NCBI GenBank assembly: GCA_965203465.1
Contig: CBDBCR010000003.1
Span: 736,001-800,000 of the forward strand
Reading direction: 5' to 3'
Length of the DNA: 64,000 nucleotides
Origin: Nitrosopumilaceae archaeon
GTDB taxonomy: Archaea; Thermoproteota; Nitrososphaeria; Nitrososphaerales; Nitrosopumilaceae
Shown in pieces: positions 1-9,283 of this stretch; the stretch's first letter is position 1; every line of letters begins with the position of its first letter. A program made the position numbers and the translations under genes. A model generated the notes under the pieces. It ran no database searches. It was not told where the DNA came from and saw only the letters and a program-made list of their open reading frames with translations.

Positions 1-3000
1 GGTCGCCGGAGGCGTCGGTCGGGTCGGTGTACTCTACCGTCAGGATGTCGCCCTGCAGGATGCAGTAGTATTCGTCTGCGTCTGCCAAGGACAGACCGCC
101 GTCGGCAGTCTCCATGTTGGCGTTGGTGTTTGCCGGGCACGTCCTCGATGCCGGGCCGTCGTTGAAGTTGATCGCGAGATCAAGCTCAAAGATGCCCGCG
201 TCGCCGGCAATCTCGGTTATTGGGCCGAGCTGCCTGACTGCTTGGAGGCTCTCGTTTACCGCGTTGTTGGGTACGTCCATCACAGTTCCGATTCCGTTGT
301 CGCCTACGTCGAGTTTGCCGTCAATGGCGTTGGGGCCGCCGGCATATCCCAAGGTGACCCTTTCGGCTCCCCTGGAGACTGTTACCTTTAGCGGACCCAC
401 GCCTGCCGTGGTGTTTTGTGCTATGCGGTCCTCACCAGACGCTGAAATGTCAAAGTCCGGATCGTTCACGCGCGCGTGTATGACGACGGCACCGCCACCT
501 AGCGTTTCGGATGGGCTGTCTAGGCCATCGACTATGGCGGTAGCGTGCACCGGAAAGACCGAGGCCGTTCCGGGCGTGTTGCCGCTGTAGCCTGCGCCAG
601 TCTCGTATGCAGCCCACGGAACCGGGTACACTGTCCTGTCAAGGCTGACAGAACCCGTATTGGCCCGGACTCCCGCAGAGTCGCCCACCTCGATGATCTC
701 GCCGGACACGTCGCGGAAGTCAACATAGTTGACCTCAATGTCCGTGCCGGTCACAGATGCCGGGGCGTCTGAGCCTGCCGGGCAGTACGTCGGCGGAATC
801 TGGAAGTTGCCGACGAATATGCCGGTTGCAACTCCCGTCTCCCTCAGCGTAAAGCCGGTGGCGCCAAGACCCGTGTCGCGTATGTTTTGCGCATTAGCGC
901 ACGTGTCGTTAGCTCCAGCGTCATTTACGTTGGTAGTCCAGATCTCGTCGTTGAAAGTCACGTCAGCCAAGCGTCCCAGAGGGCCAAAGCTGAAATCAGT
1001 GCCTGGAAGGGCAGGGCTCGGTTTCTTGGTCGTTTCCGGAAGGCCTGACGAACCCACTGCGTCCCTTGCGGGATCGTTAGCAGGCGAGGTGACTACCGTA
1101 AAGACATCCACGAGCTCGCTGTCCGTGTTGAGGTCAACGTCGTTCAGCGTGATCATGACGGTGTCTGCCACCTTGTAGGTCTCTGCGTCGAACTCGATCG
1201 AGCCCGAGTGCGTAGGCGCAGCCTCTTGGTCGGAGATCTGCGTTTCGACGCCGTCGGCACCAAGGTCAAGGTAGTTGACCCTGGGCGCGTCCTCGTCGGT
1301 GAGATCTTCGATGGCCACGAACGTAAGGTCTGAGTCGGCTAGCGAGGTAACTCCGTCGTAGGTGGACTGGTCATAGATCGACAGCTGGTTTACCATGTAG
1401 TATTCCAGAGTCCCTTCGAAAGTGCTCGTGTTGTCGCCGCTCTCCTCCAGCTCTAGCCTGATGATCTGGTTTGCAACCCTCTCGGAAGAAGAGTTGCCGT
1501 CATCGGTAAAGCCGTACGAGAAGAAGTCTGCCACGAACGGCAGTTTGTTGCCCACCGTGACATCGTCGTCGGAGCCAATCTCGTTCAGTGCGAATTGGAG
1601 TCCTATGTTGCGGGAGTCGTCTACACCGAAGATGTCGGAGATGGTGTCTGTTGGGAGCAGGAGTTTGCCCTGTCCCTTGTCAACCGTGCCCAGCGCTACG
1701 CTGGACAAGCTGCTCACGCGGACGTTGTTGGTTGAATCGGCGGAAACGTCCTCCAGAACGCCGTCGCTGTCTGCGGTGTGCAACAGGCTTACCGTGGCAT
1801 CACGGGAGCCAAAGCTCGTCACATCGACGTTCAGGTAGTTGAATCCGTAGAAGCCGGCCGCATCGTCAGCAGAGTTGTTGATGCTCTCCTTGAGTGCCGC
1901 TGCATTGGTACCTAGGTCTACGACCAAGGTGCCGTTGATGGTTCCAGTCACGTCGATGGCCGCCTGAGGATCAATTACAGCGCGTTCGCTGAAAGTCTCC
2001 ACCGTCAGGTCACCCGATATAGTATTCGATCCAATCTCAAGCAGATACTCGAGAGTGTTGTCGTTGCTAACGCCGTTCCTTAGTGTGAACGGTTCGCCAG
2101 TCACGAGCGTCGGTATGATTGAATCGGGGTCGGAAACGAGCAAGTCCTCGTCGTCAAGGCCGTTCCTGTTCATGTCGCGGTCTACCAGAGTTACCGGTAT
2201 GCCGATACCCGAATTCCATTCGCCGTCGCCCGCATCAATGTCGATCGTGGCGGTGGCAGCCTGGAACGTGACAGTCAGCACATCATCGTATGTGATGGTC
2301 GAGGTCACGGATCTTGCCGCATCGCTGGTAGTGTCCACCGAAGAGTCGTCCTGCTCGTCGTACGAGACAAAGATGCCCGTCTGCGGACCGGTCTCTACCA
2401 CGGTGAAAGGCTGTGTGCCCGCGCCCAGCATGTTTGCCGTGCCGCCAGGTACCATTGCCCTTTCGATGAGCGTGCGCTCATCCGTGTCAGAGGTGAGTGG
2501 CTGGTAATCAATTACGTTGTCCGTGTTGTCGTCCAGCGTAAGCACCGGCTTTCCGGTGTTTTGCGGATCGGCATCTATTGTGACTATGCACACTTCGCAC
2601 AGCAAATCGCCAAGAATCCCCGAGAGATCAGGGTTGTCTGTGTTTAGAGTCAAGCGAGTCTCTTCTGCACGATCGATGAAGTTGCCGCTGTCGTCAAAGA
2701 CGCGATAATACACCTTTTCCGAACCCGGAGTAGTGCTCCAAGTCCAAGTGTCGACATCGGTAGGATCGATGTCCAGAGAGGTGTCCGTGATTGTCACGTG
2801 CACTTCTGCTGAACGCGGGTAGATTGCCTGCGTGGGAGCGTTGCCCGTGGCACGATCAGAGGTGATCGTGTCATAGTCGTCGGCATCCTCGTATGTGAGG
2901 CGAACCGTCTGCGCTCCGCCGCCCTTTTCGTACCTGACCTCGACCCTGTTGTCCTCTTCTATGTCATAGAGCTGGACAAAGGGCCAGTAGGCCGGGTGGA

Positions 3001-3634
3001 CACCAATCTGTCCCGGAGTGTTCACGACAGCTTGGTTGGTGTTCAGTTGCTTTTCTTCCCTGACTACATTGAAGCCAGAGTCGCCCGTACCTTGAGGTTG
3101 AGCAGTAGTTCGGTTTTGTGGACTGGTAGGACAGGTAGCATTGTCATTGAGGGGCAGTGCTACTGCATCTGCCTCGCTGAGATCTACGACGGTAGTGTTA
3201 CTGCTGGCACGAACGCCTATGTTAACGCTGGTGCCAGAAGCTATCGGGCAGATCACGCCAAAGTCTATGCCGAGTCCGTTTGATGCAGCTGCGTCCACCG
3301 CCGTGGCCATGCTCCTGGAGGCAAAGTAGCCGTACCAGTTGCCGTCGTTGGCCTGAACCATGCGCAGATCGTTGCCGTTGATGAAGACATCGGGTTCTCC
3401 GAGGGCCTCGTCAAGGCTGTCGATCTGGTTGTCGCGTATGACGACTTCCACGACCTGTCCGGTCATGGCGTTGCTGAAGGTCGCGTCTTCTGCGGAGACG
3501 AACAGGTTTGCGTTCCTGCCCGTCTGAGCGTCGGCTGCCGGGATCACTCCCGGGATGCCGAAGGTCACTCCGCCTGCGACCATTATAGTCATAAGCGTAA
3601 GACTAGTTAGTTTTTTTCCTATTTCATTAGTCAT
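1..3634 (-). CDS. Thaumarchaeal S-layer protein (SlaA-like), runs off the window at its 3' end
   Basis: Absent from the ORF track because no stop falls in the window. Manual translation from ATG 3634 gives MTNEIGKKLTSLTLMTIMVAGGVTFGIPGVIPAADAQTGRNANLFVSAE...GEPDVFINGNDLRMVQANDGNWYGYFA, the signal peptide and N-terminus typical of Nitrosopumilus-type S-layer proteins. Body is acidic and Thr/Asp-rich. Confidence 0.88.
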   Translation of the reverse strand, partial: MTNEIGKKLTSLTLMTIMVAGGVTFGIPGVIPAADAQTGRNANLFVSAEDATFSNAMTGQVVEVVIRDNQIDSLDEALGEPDVFINGNDLRMVQANDGNWYGYFASRSMATAVDAAASNGLGIDFGVICPIASGTSVNIGVRASSNTTVVDLSEADAVALPLNDNATCPTSPQNRTTAQPQGTGDSGFNVVREEKQLNTNQAVVNTPGQIGVHPAYWPFVQLYDIEEDNRVEVRYEKGGGAQTVRLTYEDADDYDTITSDRATGNAPTQAIYPRSAEVHVTITDTSLDIDPTDVDTWTWSTTPGSEKVYYRVFDDSGNFIDRAEETRLTLNTDNPDLSGILGDLLCEVCIVTIDADPQNTGKPVLTLDDNTDNVIDYQPLTSDTDERTLIERAMVPGGTANMLGAGTQPFTVVETGPQTGIFVSYDEQDDSSVDTTSDAARSVTSTITYDDVLTVTFQAATATIDIDAGDGEWNSGIGIPVTLVDRDMNRNGLDDEDLLVSDPDSIIPTLVTGEPFTLRNGVSNDNTLEYLLEIGSNTISGDLTVETFSERAVIDPQAAIDVTGTINGTLVVDLGTNAAALKESINNSADDAAGFYGFNYLNVDVTSFGSRDATVSLLHTADSDGVLEDVSADSTNNVRVSSLSSVALGTVDKGQGKLLLPTDTISDIFGVDDSRNIGLQFALNEIGSDDDVTVGNKLPFVADFFSYGFTDDGNSSSERVANQIIRLELEESGDNTSTFEGTLEYYMVNQLSIYDQSTYDGVTSLADSDLTFVAIEDLTDEDAPRVNYLDLGADGVETQISDQEAAPTHSGSIEFDAETYKVADTVMITLNDVDLNTDSELVDVFTVVTSPANDPARDAVGSSGLPETTKKPSPALPGTDFSFGPLGRLADVTFNDEIWTTNVNDAGANDTCANAQNIRDTGLGATGFTLRETGVATGIFVGNFQIPPTYCPAGSDAPASVTGTDIEVNYVDFRDVSGEIIEVGDSAGVRANTGSVSLDRTVYPVPWAAYETGAGYSGNTPGTASVFPVHATAIVDGLDSPSETLGGGAVVIHARVNDPDFDISASGEDRIAQNTTAGVGPLKVTVSRGAERVTLGYAGGPNAIDGKLDVGDNGIGTVMDVPNNAVNESLQAVRQLGPITEIAGDAGIFELDLAINFNDGPASRTCPANTNANMETADGGLSLADADEYYCILQGDILTVEYTDPTDASGD

Positions 3635-3660
3635 GTTGTTGTTCGGGCTTCCGAAATTGA

Positions 3661-3669
3661 GTATTTAAG
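3661..3669 (-). promoter_or_regulatory. TATA box of the S-layer gene
   Basis: TTAAATAC on the minus strand ~28 bp upstream of ATG 3634. The same GTATTTAA (+ strand) precedes the HARE-HTH genes at ~4899 and ~42846. Confidence 0.6.
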
Positions 3670-3681
3670 CCTAATGAACAA

Positions 3682-3735
3682 CCAATCGGGGCCGGCGCCC
3701 CGAAATGCGGCCCCTAGGCACGGCCTCCGGGGGTT
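3682..3735 (+). repeat. Dispersed ~54-bp direct repeat, copy 1 (copy 2 at 9062-9114)
   Basis: Identical 28-bp core CGGCCCCTAGGCACGGCCTCCGGGGGTT at 3708-3735 and 9087-9114, with similar upstream CCAATCGG..CGGCGCCCCG. Confidence 0.9.
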
Positions 3736-4110
3736 CGGGCGCGGCCCGGGCGGGCTTTCGGGGCCAAGTGCGCCTCCGGGGCTCGCCCGAGCCGGCCCGG
3801 AGGCCAAGCAAAGCCGATCGCCTGGGCCGCCTCGCACGCCCCGATCCGGGCACCGCTGGATCCGGCGGACCGGATCCCGGACGGCGGCGGAGACGGCAGA
3901 GGCCAAGTCCCGAACCCCCCGCGGGTTCGGCGGACCATGTGTCCCGGACGCGGCCGCGGCTCTGCCAAAGCTGCCCGGATCTTTCCGGCAAAGACCGCCG
4001 CCTGCGCGGCTTTGCGGCCCGCCGATCGGGCCCCGCGGCGCCCGGCGGGGCGCGGCATCGGCCCGAAGCGGGGGCGCGGCGGGTCCCCAAGCCGCCCGAT
4101 CGCCCCGCCG

Positions 4111-4878
4111 TCAGGCCTCCGGCCACCTGCGCCGGTAGTACGTCGCGTCGGCGCCGCCCAGCGTTATCCTCTCCCCCCAGACGAACGAGGCGCGGTACTT
4201 GCGGTCCAGCCTCTCTATGCGGCCCGACTCCATCTGCTTTTGGACCTCGCAGTACGGCATCACCAAAAAGTCGTTGCCGGTACCCGAGCGCATGACGAAC
4301 GCATAGTACGCGTCGGGGCGGTTGAACTTTTTGTGCGCGCCGGGCGAGACGAAAAACGAGCACCGGTTGCCCACCGGCACCGACGTCTTCACCTGCAGAA
4401 AGAAGCACCTGCCGCCCTTTACCGCAAAGACGTCCGTTCCCTCGTCGACGTTGGCCACGCAGGCGTCGAACCCGTGAAAGAGCAGCTCGCTTACCACCGA
4501 ATACTCGCCGGCCCTGCCGTTGAAGAGCGCCTGGTTGGTAGCGTCGGGCGTAGGACTGGCGCGGTCCGCAGGCAAGCTCTGGCCGTTCGGGGCCGCCGCC
4601 TGTCTCGGGTCGCCGTCGGAGGCCGGCCCCGCGCCGGCCGCATCCGTCTCCGAGTTCAGCCCGAACAGATCGTCGCGCCGGACGAACTCAGAGTCGGATC
4701 CGCGCTGCCTGATGTTGTTAGAAAGGACCGCGCTCATGGTCCGTGCCGGGGCGTCCGTCATTTTGTCCGCGTCCAAGAGCCCCTTTTGCACGGCCCTCTT
4801 GACGATCTCGTCTGCCGTGAGGAACTTGTCTTTGCCCGACAGTACCGCGATCGCCGAGATCTTGAAGGGCTGTACCAC
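4111..4878 (-). CDS. HARE-HTH + PD-(D/E)XK nuclease-fold protein, paralogue 1
   Basis: N-terminus (AIAVL..LTADEIVKRAVQKGLL..APARTMSAVLSNNIR..SEFVR..LFGL) fits the HARE-HTH pattern. C-terminus GRAGEYSVVSELL..VDEGTDVFAVK..LQVKTS fits a PD-(D/E/Q)xK motif. Confidence 0.8.
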   Translation of the reverse strand: MVQPFKISAIAVLSGKDKFLTADEIVKRAVQKGLLDADKMTDAPARTMSAVLSNNIRQRGSDSEFVRRDDLFGLNSETDAAGAGPASDGDPRQAAAPNGQSLPADRASPTPDATNQALFNGRAGEYSVVSELLFHGFDACVANVDEGTDVFAVKGGRCFFLQVKTSVPVGNRCSFFVSPGAHKKFNRPDAYYAFVMRSGTGNDFLVMPYCEVQKQMESGRIERLDRKYRASFVWGERITLGGADATYYRRRWPEA

Positions 4879-5037
4879 GGCATGGCTGCGAGTGCCCTGT
4901 ATTTAAGTCGCCTTTGGAGGCGATCGCGGGGCACTGTTGCGAATTCGGGGGATAAGCCTAGATTAGGCACGGCCTCCCCGATCGCCCAGGGCACCCGTTC
5001 TTGCCGGTATCTAGAGGCACAAATACGGACTGGTAGC

Positions 5038-5247
5038 ATGCCGAGCGTGGAATACGACGCAAGAGGCGTGTGCTCGATGCACGGCAACCCGTACGCGGCG
5101 GTCGAGTCGATCATGCGCTGGGATCACTTGAGCTTGGACGAAGCTGTCGAAGCGGTGAGGGCCGCAGGCGGCAAGGTCGGACAAAGATACGTGGACAATT
5201 TCAGGCGGCTACAGGCCAAAGCTAAACGCGCTTCCTCGTCTGAGTGA
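5038..5247 (+). CDS. Small hypothetical protein (69 aa) inside element A
   Basis: ATG 5038 MPSVEYDARGVCSMHGNPYAAVESIMRWDHLSLDEAVEAVRAAGG...; natural-looking composition, unlike the GC shadow frame upstream. Confidence 0.5.
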   Translation: MPSVEYDARGVCSMHGNPYAAVESIMRWDHLSLDEAVEAVRAAGGKVGQRYVDNFRRLQAKAKRASSSE

Positions 5248-6138
5248 GGTACCGGCTCTCGTTCTGGATCATTGTCCGCCACTTGTCGGCCCCCTCGATG
5301 AAGATCTGGCTTCCTCGCCCGGAGTCCGCTTGAGGGACTGGTGCTTGCGGGCGTGGTTGTGGTTTACGCGGATGCCGCAGAACTCAGTCGTATGCTTGCC
5401 TTGGAGGTCCCTGAAGGTCTTTTCGCGGTCGCGTATCGTACCGTTGAGCCGCTCCATCCTGTTGTTGTTGTCCTTGCCCTTTTTGGGGCCGGTGATGTGT
5501 ATCTCGCGCACGTGCTCCGTCATGGGCATGACCTCCTCGGTGGCCACCCGGTACGAGTTGAGGCCGTCCGTTATCATCCTGGCCGGTATCTTGCCGGTCT
5601 GCTCCAGCGTATCCTTGAACAGTTTGGTCGCGTCGTGGCCCTCCTTGCGGTCGGCTAGGTCCGACGCGAGTCAGTACCGCGTGTCGTTGTCCGTCGAAGA
5701 GAACAGGTACATCAGGTCGCCGGCCACCTTCACGTAGAGCTCGTCCGCCCTGTAGTCGCTGCCGGTCTCGGGCCTTTGCCTGTCCATGTAGGCGGCGACA
5801 GGGCCGTACCGCTCGATCCACCGGAATATTGCCGACCTGTCGGTCTTGATTCCCTTTACCTCGAGGTTCTCGGCTATCTTGCCGGCCGAGAGGCCGGAAA
5901 AGTGCAGGCGCAGGCATTCGGTTATGACGGCCCTCGAGTACCGCCTGTACCTGAACCCGAACCTCGCGGAAAACTTGCGGCCGCAGTCACAGCACTTCAT
6001 CAGTTGGGTGACGCCGGGCTTGTTCTGGCGTATACCGTTCTTGCAGATGTGCCTTGAATTGCAATACTTGTACTTTGTCGGTGTGTCGTAGTTCTTTACC
6101 GTCTTTACGTATCGCTCCATGCCCCGTATACAGGCCAT
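5222..6138 (-). pseudogene. IS6-like DDE transposase, disrupted
   Basis: Zn-ribbon/HTH, YRADELYVK, ITDGLNSY and NNNRMERLNGTIRDRE motifs. In-frame TGA at 5671-5673 where the intact paralogue has W (DTRY*LA vs DTRFWLA). Further frameshifts near the 3' end. Confidence 0.88.
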
Positions 6139-6152
6139 GGTAATAGAAACAT

Positions 6153-6190
6153 TAGGTAAACCTATTGGTCAACCAAGGAAATAGGTAAAC
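6153..6190. promoter_or_regulatory. Candidate operator in the divergent tnp/abrB promoter
   Basis: Palindrome TAGGT-AA-ACCTA (6153-6164) and a second TAGGTAAAC (6182-6190) in an AT-rich spacer. Confidence 0.4.
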
Positions 6191-6219
6191 TGAAATAAGC
6201 CCGGGTTGCGCCGCCCTGC

Positions 6220-6411
6220 ATGGTAAGGGAAGACTTGGCTGAGACCGTAATGGCCTTGGCCGTATCGAAAAGCCGATCGCTCCGGACGACAGTCCCCATA
6301 CACGTGGCCCGACAGTTGGGCCTCGAGCCGGGCTCCCGCGTAAAGTGGGACATGGACAAGGTGAAAGGGCGCTGGACGGCGACGATCTGCAAGGCGGGTG
6401 AGAGGGCGTGA
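6220..6411 (+). CDS. AbrB/MazE/SpoVT-like DNA-binding protein
   Basis: SLRTTVPIHVARQLGLEPGSRVKW swapped-hairpin signature. Confidence 0.85.
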   Translation: MVREDLAETVMALAVSKSRSLRTTVPIHVARQLGLEPGSRVKWDMDKVKGRWTATICKAGERA

Positions 6412-6506
6412 GTCTGTACTGGATAGGCGTGTTAGCCGTCATCGGGTTTGCGGGTGCGGCCGTACTCTCGCACACAGTACAATCGCTGTCCCGCCTCGGA
6501 CAGTAG
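6408..6506 (+). CDS. Putative 32-aa single-transmembrane peptide
   Basis: GTG overlaps the abrB stop (GTGA): MSLYWIGVLAVIGFAGAAVLSHTVQSLSRLGQ. Below the ORF-track cutoff. Confidence 0.4.
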   Translation: MSLYWIGVLAVIGFAGAAVLSHTVQSLSRLGQ

Positions 6507-6592
6507 GCCCGAAACCCCTCCGCCTTCAGGCAGATTTTTGAGGCTGATTTTTCGCCGATCGGCAGAAGGTTTTTCAAGCGTCGTTTCCGCGC

Positions 6593-7529
6593 ATGGGTCA
6601 TATGGGCAAACGCGGCGGAAAACTTACGGCGGCCAGTCTGTTTTCCGGAGCCGGCGGACTGGATCTGGGCTTCGAGCAGTCTGGAGTCCGCGTCGTCGTG
6701 GCCAACGATTCGTGGGACATGGCGCTGGAGACATACAAGACGAACAGGGACGGAAAGACCGAGGTGCTCGTGGGCGCGCTGGAAAAACACGCGAACGAGA
6801 TCGCCTGCTTGGCGCAGAACGCCGACATCGTGTTCGGCGGCCCCCCGTGCCAGGACTTCAGCCAGGCCGGATGGAGGACCGGGGACGGGCGCAGGGCCGA
6901 CCTCACTTCATCGTTCGTCAAACTGGCGCTGAAAATACGACCCGAGTGGGTCGTCATGGAGAACGTCAACACCATCATGTCGATCGGCAGGCGCCACGCA
7001 GAGTACGCGATCAAGGCGCTGGGCAGGGCCGGATACACGGTCACTACGAGGGTGCTCGACGCGGCCGACTTCGGGGCTCCCCAGTACCGCAAGCGCTTCT
7101 TCCTCATAGCCCGAAAGGGCTCGCACAACATGCTCGGGCTCGCCGAGTCCATAGAGAGAGAGAGAGAGAGCGCCGCTGACCGTCCGCCGGTACTATCCAG
7201 CCATAAGCCGCGGAGCCCGGGGCACTGAGTTCTACTACAGGCATCCGTGGAGTTTCGAGCGCCGCGCCATATTCAGCGTGGACGAGCCCAGCCCCACGAT
7301 ACGCGGCGTGAACCGGCCGATCCCCCCGAGCTACAAGATACACCGCAACGACGCGACGGACGACCTCGGCCTGGTCAGGCCGCTCACCACCGAAGAGCGC
7401 GGCATATTGCAGACGTTCCCGAAAAAATACGAATTCGTCGGGAACAAGACGGAGCGGGAGCAGCAGATAGGCAATTCGGTTCCGCCGGTCCTCGCCAAGG
7501 CGGTGGCCAGCGCGATCGTGAGGATGTGA
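6593..7529 (+). CDS. C5-cytosine DNA methyltransferase (M.HindV-like), frameshifted at an (AG)9 tract
   Basis: SLFSGAGG, GGPPCQDFS, MENV, PQYRKRFF in ORF 6593-7228. The target-recognition region (YYRHPW..IFSVDEPSPTIRGVNRPIP) and motif X (QQIGNSVPP) continue in another frame after the tract. Confidence 0.92.
7153..7170 (+). repeat. (AG)9 simple sequence repeat inside the C5-MTase
   Basis: Counted directly. (AG)7 or (AG)10 restores the reading frame. Confidence 0.95.
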
Positions 7530-7530
7530 C

Positions 7531-8514
7531 ATGGCCGACGAAAGCCCTGAACTGTTCGGCATACACCGATCCAACGTAGAGTCCATGATGAGCAAGAACA
7601 TATTCACCACGTTCTTTCCCGTGGCGACCGCGCTGTACTTGTCGAGCAAGGGGCGGCCGGTCAAATACCTCCGCCTCCGCGACGGCGATTTGGACATCGA
7701 CGAGATTCTGTTCGAGCGGGCGATAGGCGTGGATTCCGGCGACCTGCGGCGCGTCGAATGGAACAGTGAGATACACCCGGACGCATTCGCCAGCAGCCCG
7801 AACGCGCCTCCGATGGACATGGTGCCCACCTTGGACGGGGAGCAAAAGCTGGAATTCGAGGTCAAACTAACCGTGGTGCCTACGTTCAACAAGAACAAGA
7901 CTACCGAGCTGATAGTGCGTCAAAACACCGAATTCTCGCTGGCCGAGAGGATGGCGTACAGGCACCACGACTTGGTTGACGTGCGGCCGATAACGAACGA
8001 CACGCTGCGCGGCGCGATTCGCGACGAGAGCCGACAGCTACCCTTCATACTCCACGGATTGTGGAAGACGGAAGGCACCAGCATGGTTCTGGACGAGATC
8101 AACGCCACCGACGCCTATTTCATAAGCGACTTTGCGTATCTGAAAATACTGCTGGACAAGTACGACCGGCACCCGCGCGAATCATCCCGCGTAGGCAAAG
8201 TGGTGCGGCTGATACGCAGCTGGATAGGGTGTTATCTAGAGAGCGGAAGCATGCGGTACAAGGAGGACAGGGCCAACGTGGAGCACCTGAAGGTCACGAT
8301 TTATCCCACCGAACACCAGAAAGACCTGCAAAGAAGCTACGAAAACCTGCGCCTGTCGGTGAAAGACCTGTGGAACATAGTCCCCGACGATTCCATACGG
8401 CGAATGTCCCCGGAAAGGAGGCTCGACGCGGCCATGTTCGTCAACTGGATGATACAGACGATACTTAAGCGGGAAGAGTCGGCGGAAGCAAGGGACGGCC
8501 GAAGTTTCACGTAA
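7531..8514 (+). CDS. Type II restriction endonuclease, HindVP-like
   Basis: Starts 1 bp after the MTase stop. FEVKLTVVP and C-terminal MSPERRLDAA motifs resemble the HindVP family. Confidence 0.75.
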   Translation: MADESPELFGIHRSNVESMMSKNIFTTFFPVATALYLSSKGRPVKYLRLRDGDLDIDEILFERAIGVDSGDLRRVEWNSEIHPDAFASSPNAPPMDMVPTLDGEQKLEFEVKLTVVPTFNKNKTTELIVRQNTEFSLAERMAYRHHDLVDVRPITNDTLRGAIRDESRQLPFILHGLWKTEGTSMVLDEINATDAYFISDFAYLKILLDKYDRHPRESSRVGKVVRLIRSWIGCYLESGSMRYKEDRANVEHLKVTIYPTEHQKDLQRSYENLRLSVKDLWNIVPDDSIRRMSPERRLDAAMFVNWMIQTILKREESAEARDGRSFT

Positions 8515-8609
8515 AGCCGCCCGTCAACGAGGCCACGCGGCGAATATCACCAGTCCTATGGCGGCCACGACCGCCGCGGCGGCCAACTCTTTCGCGTGTT
8601 CGAGCGGGA

Positions 8610-8975
8610 TCATTCCGCCTTCTCAATGGCGGCGTAGTCTACCTCGTTTATCTTGACGATCCCGCTCGCGAGGTACGCCCCGTAATGGTACGGGTTCTTT
8701 ATGATCGACAGCGCGTCCAGCAGGCCGCCTATGCTCACGGGCTTTTTCATCACGCGGACTTTGCGCAGCGGTATGTGCTCGTCTTTGACTTGGCCGGCCG
8801 CGACCGCCGTCGCTATGAACGCGCGGCCTTCCTTGCCTCCGCGGTATACGGTGAACCTATCCCCGTCCCGGATATGCTTGACGTGCGGTGTCCGTGGGTT
8901 CACCGGCCACGAGGCCCCGCGCAGCCGCTTGTCTATCTCCGCGTCCGTGTCGTTCACGACCAGTATGTAGTCCAC
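8610..8975 (-). CDS. EVE-domain (PUA-like) protein
   Basis: W..KHIRDGDRFTVY..FIATAVAAG..KPVSI..LSII..GIVKINEVDY pattern. Confidence 0.75.
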   Translation of the reverse strand: MDYILVVNDTDAEIDKRLRGASWPVNPRTPHVKHIRDGDRFTVYRGGKEGRAFIATAVAAGQVKDEHIPLRKVRVMKKPVSIGGLLDALSIIKNPYHYGAYLASGIVKINEVDYAAIEKAE

Positions 8976-9283
8976 TGGCGGCGGACGGCAACCGAGTCGG
9001 TTTAAGCTTTGGGCTCAGATCGCGTGCCTAGCCGGGGCTACCCCACGAATTGGAAACAGTGCCAATCGGTTCGGCGCCCCGGAATCCGGCCCCTAGGCAC
9101 GGCCTCCGGGGGTTTTGGACAGCCGGGGAGCCCGGCGCGGGGCCTAGCCCGCCCGAGCGCCCGAGCCGAGCCGATCGCCCACGGGCCCCCGGCTCACTCC
9201 ACCAGCTCTGCCCCGTACAGGCGGGCTAGGTCGCGCCTCCTGGTGCGGAACTTGGTCCGGCGGTTCCCGATCCCGCCGGCCTC

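Larger units (their letters stand above)
4930..9063. mobile_element. IS6-like cargo element A (4134 bp): broken transposase, AbrB-like gene, C5-MTase, REase, EVE protein
   Basis: Imperfect 18-bp TIRs: GGCACTGTTGCGAATTCG (4930-4947) and reverse complement of 9046-9063 GGCACTGTTTCCAATTCG, 16/18 identical, resembling the IS26 end GGCACTGTTGCAAA. No target duplication seen. Confidence 0.75.

Noticed and set aside
114-3329. Plus-strand ORFs over the S-layer gene, and the many Arg/Pro/Gly-rich overlapping ORFs elsewhere
   Set aside because: They are antisense or alternate-frame shadows of real genes in high-GC DNA, with no recognisable motifs.
5671-5673. In-frame TGA as recoding (Sec or Trp readthrough)
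   Set aside because: The gene has other lesions, TGA terminates normal genes in this window, and TGG to TGA is a simple nonsense change.
4922-9071. Target-site duplication for element A
   Set aside because: The flanks GATCGCGG and AATCGGTT do not match, so element A rests on TIRs and architecture only.
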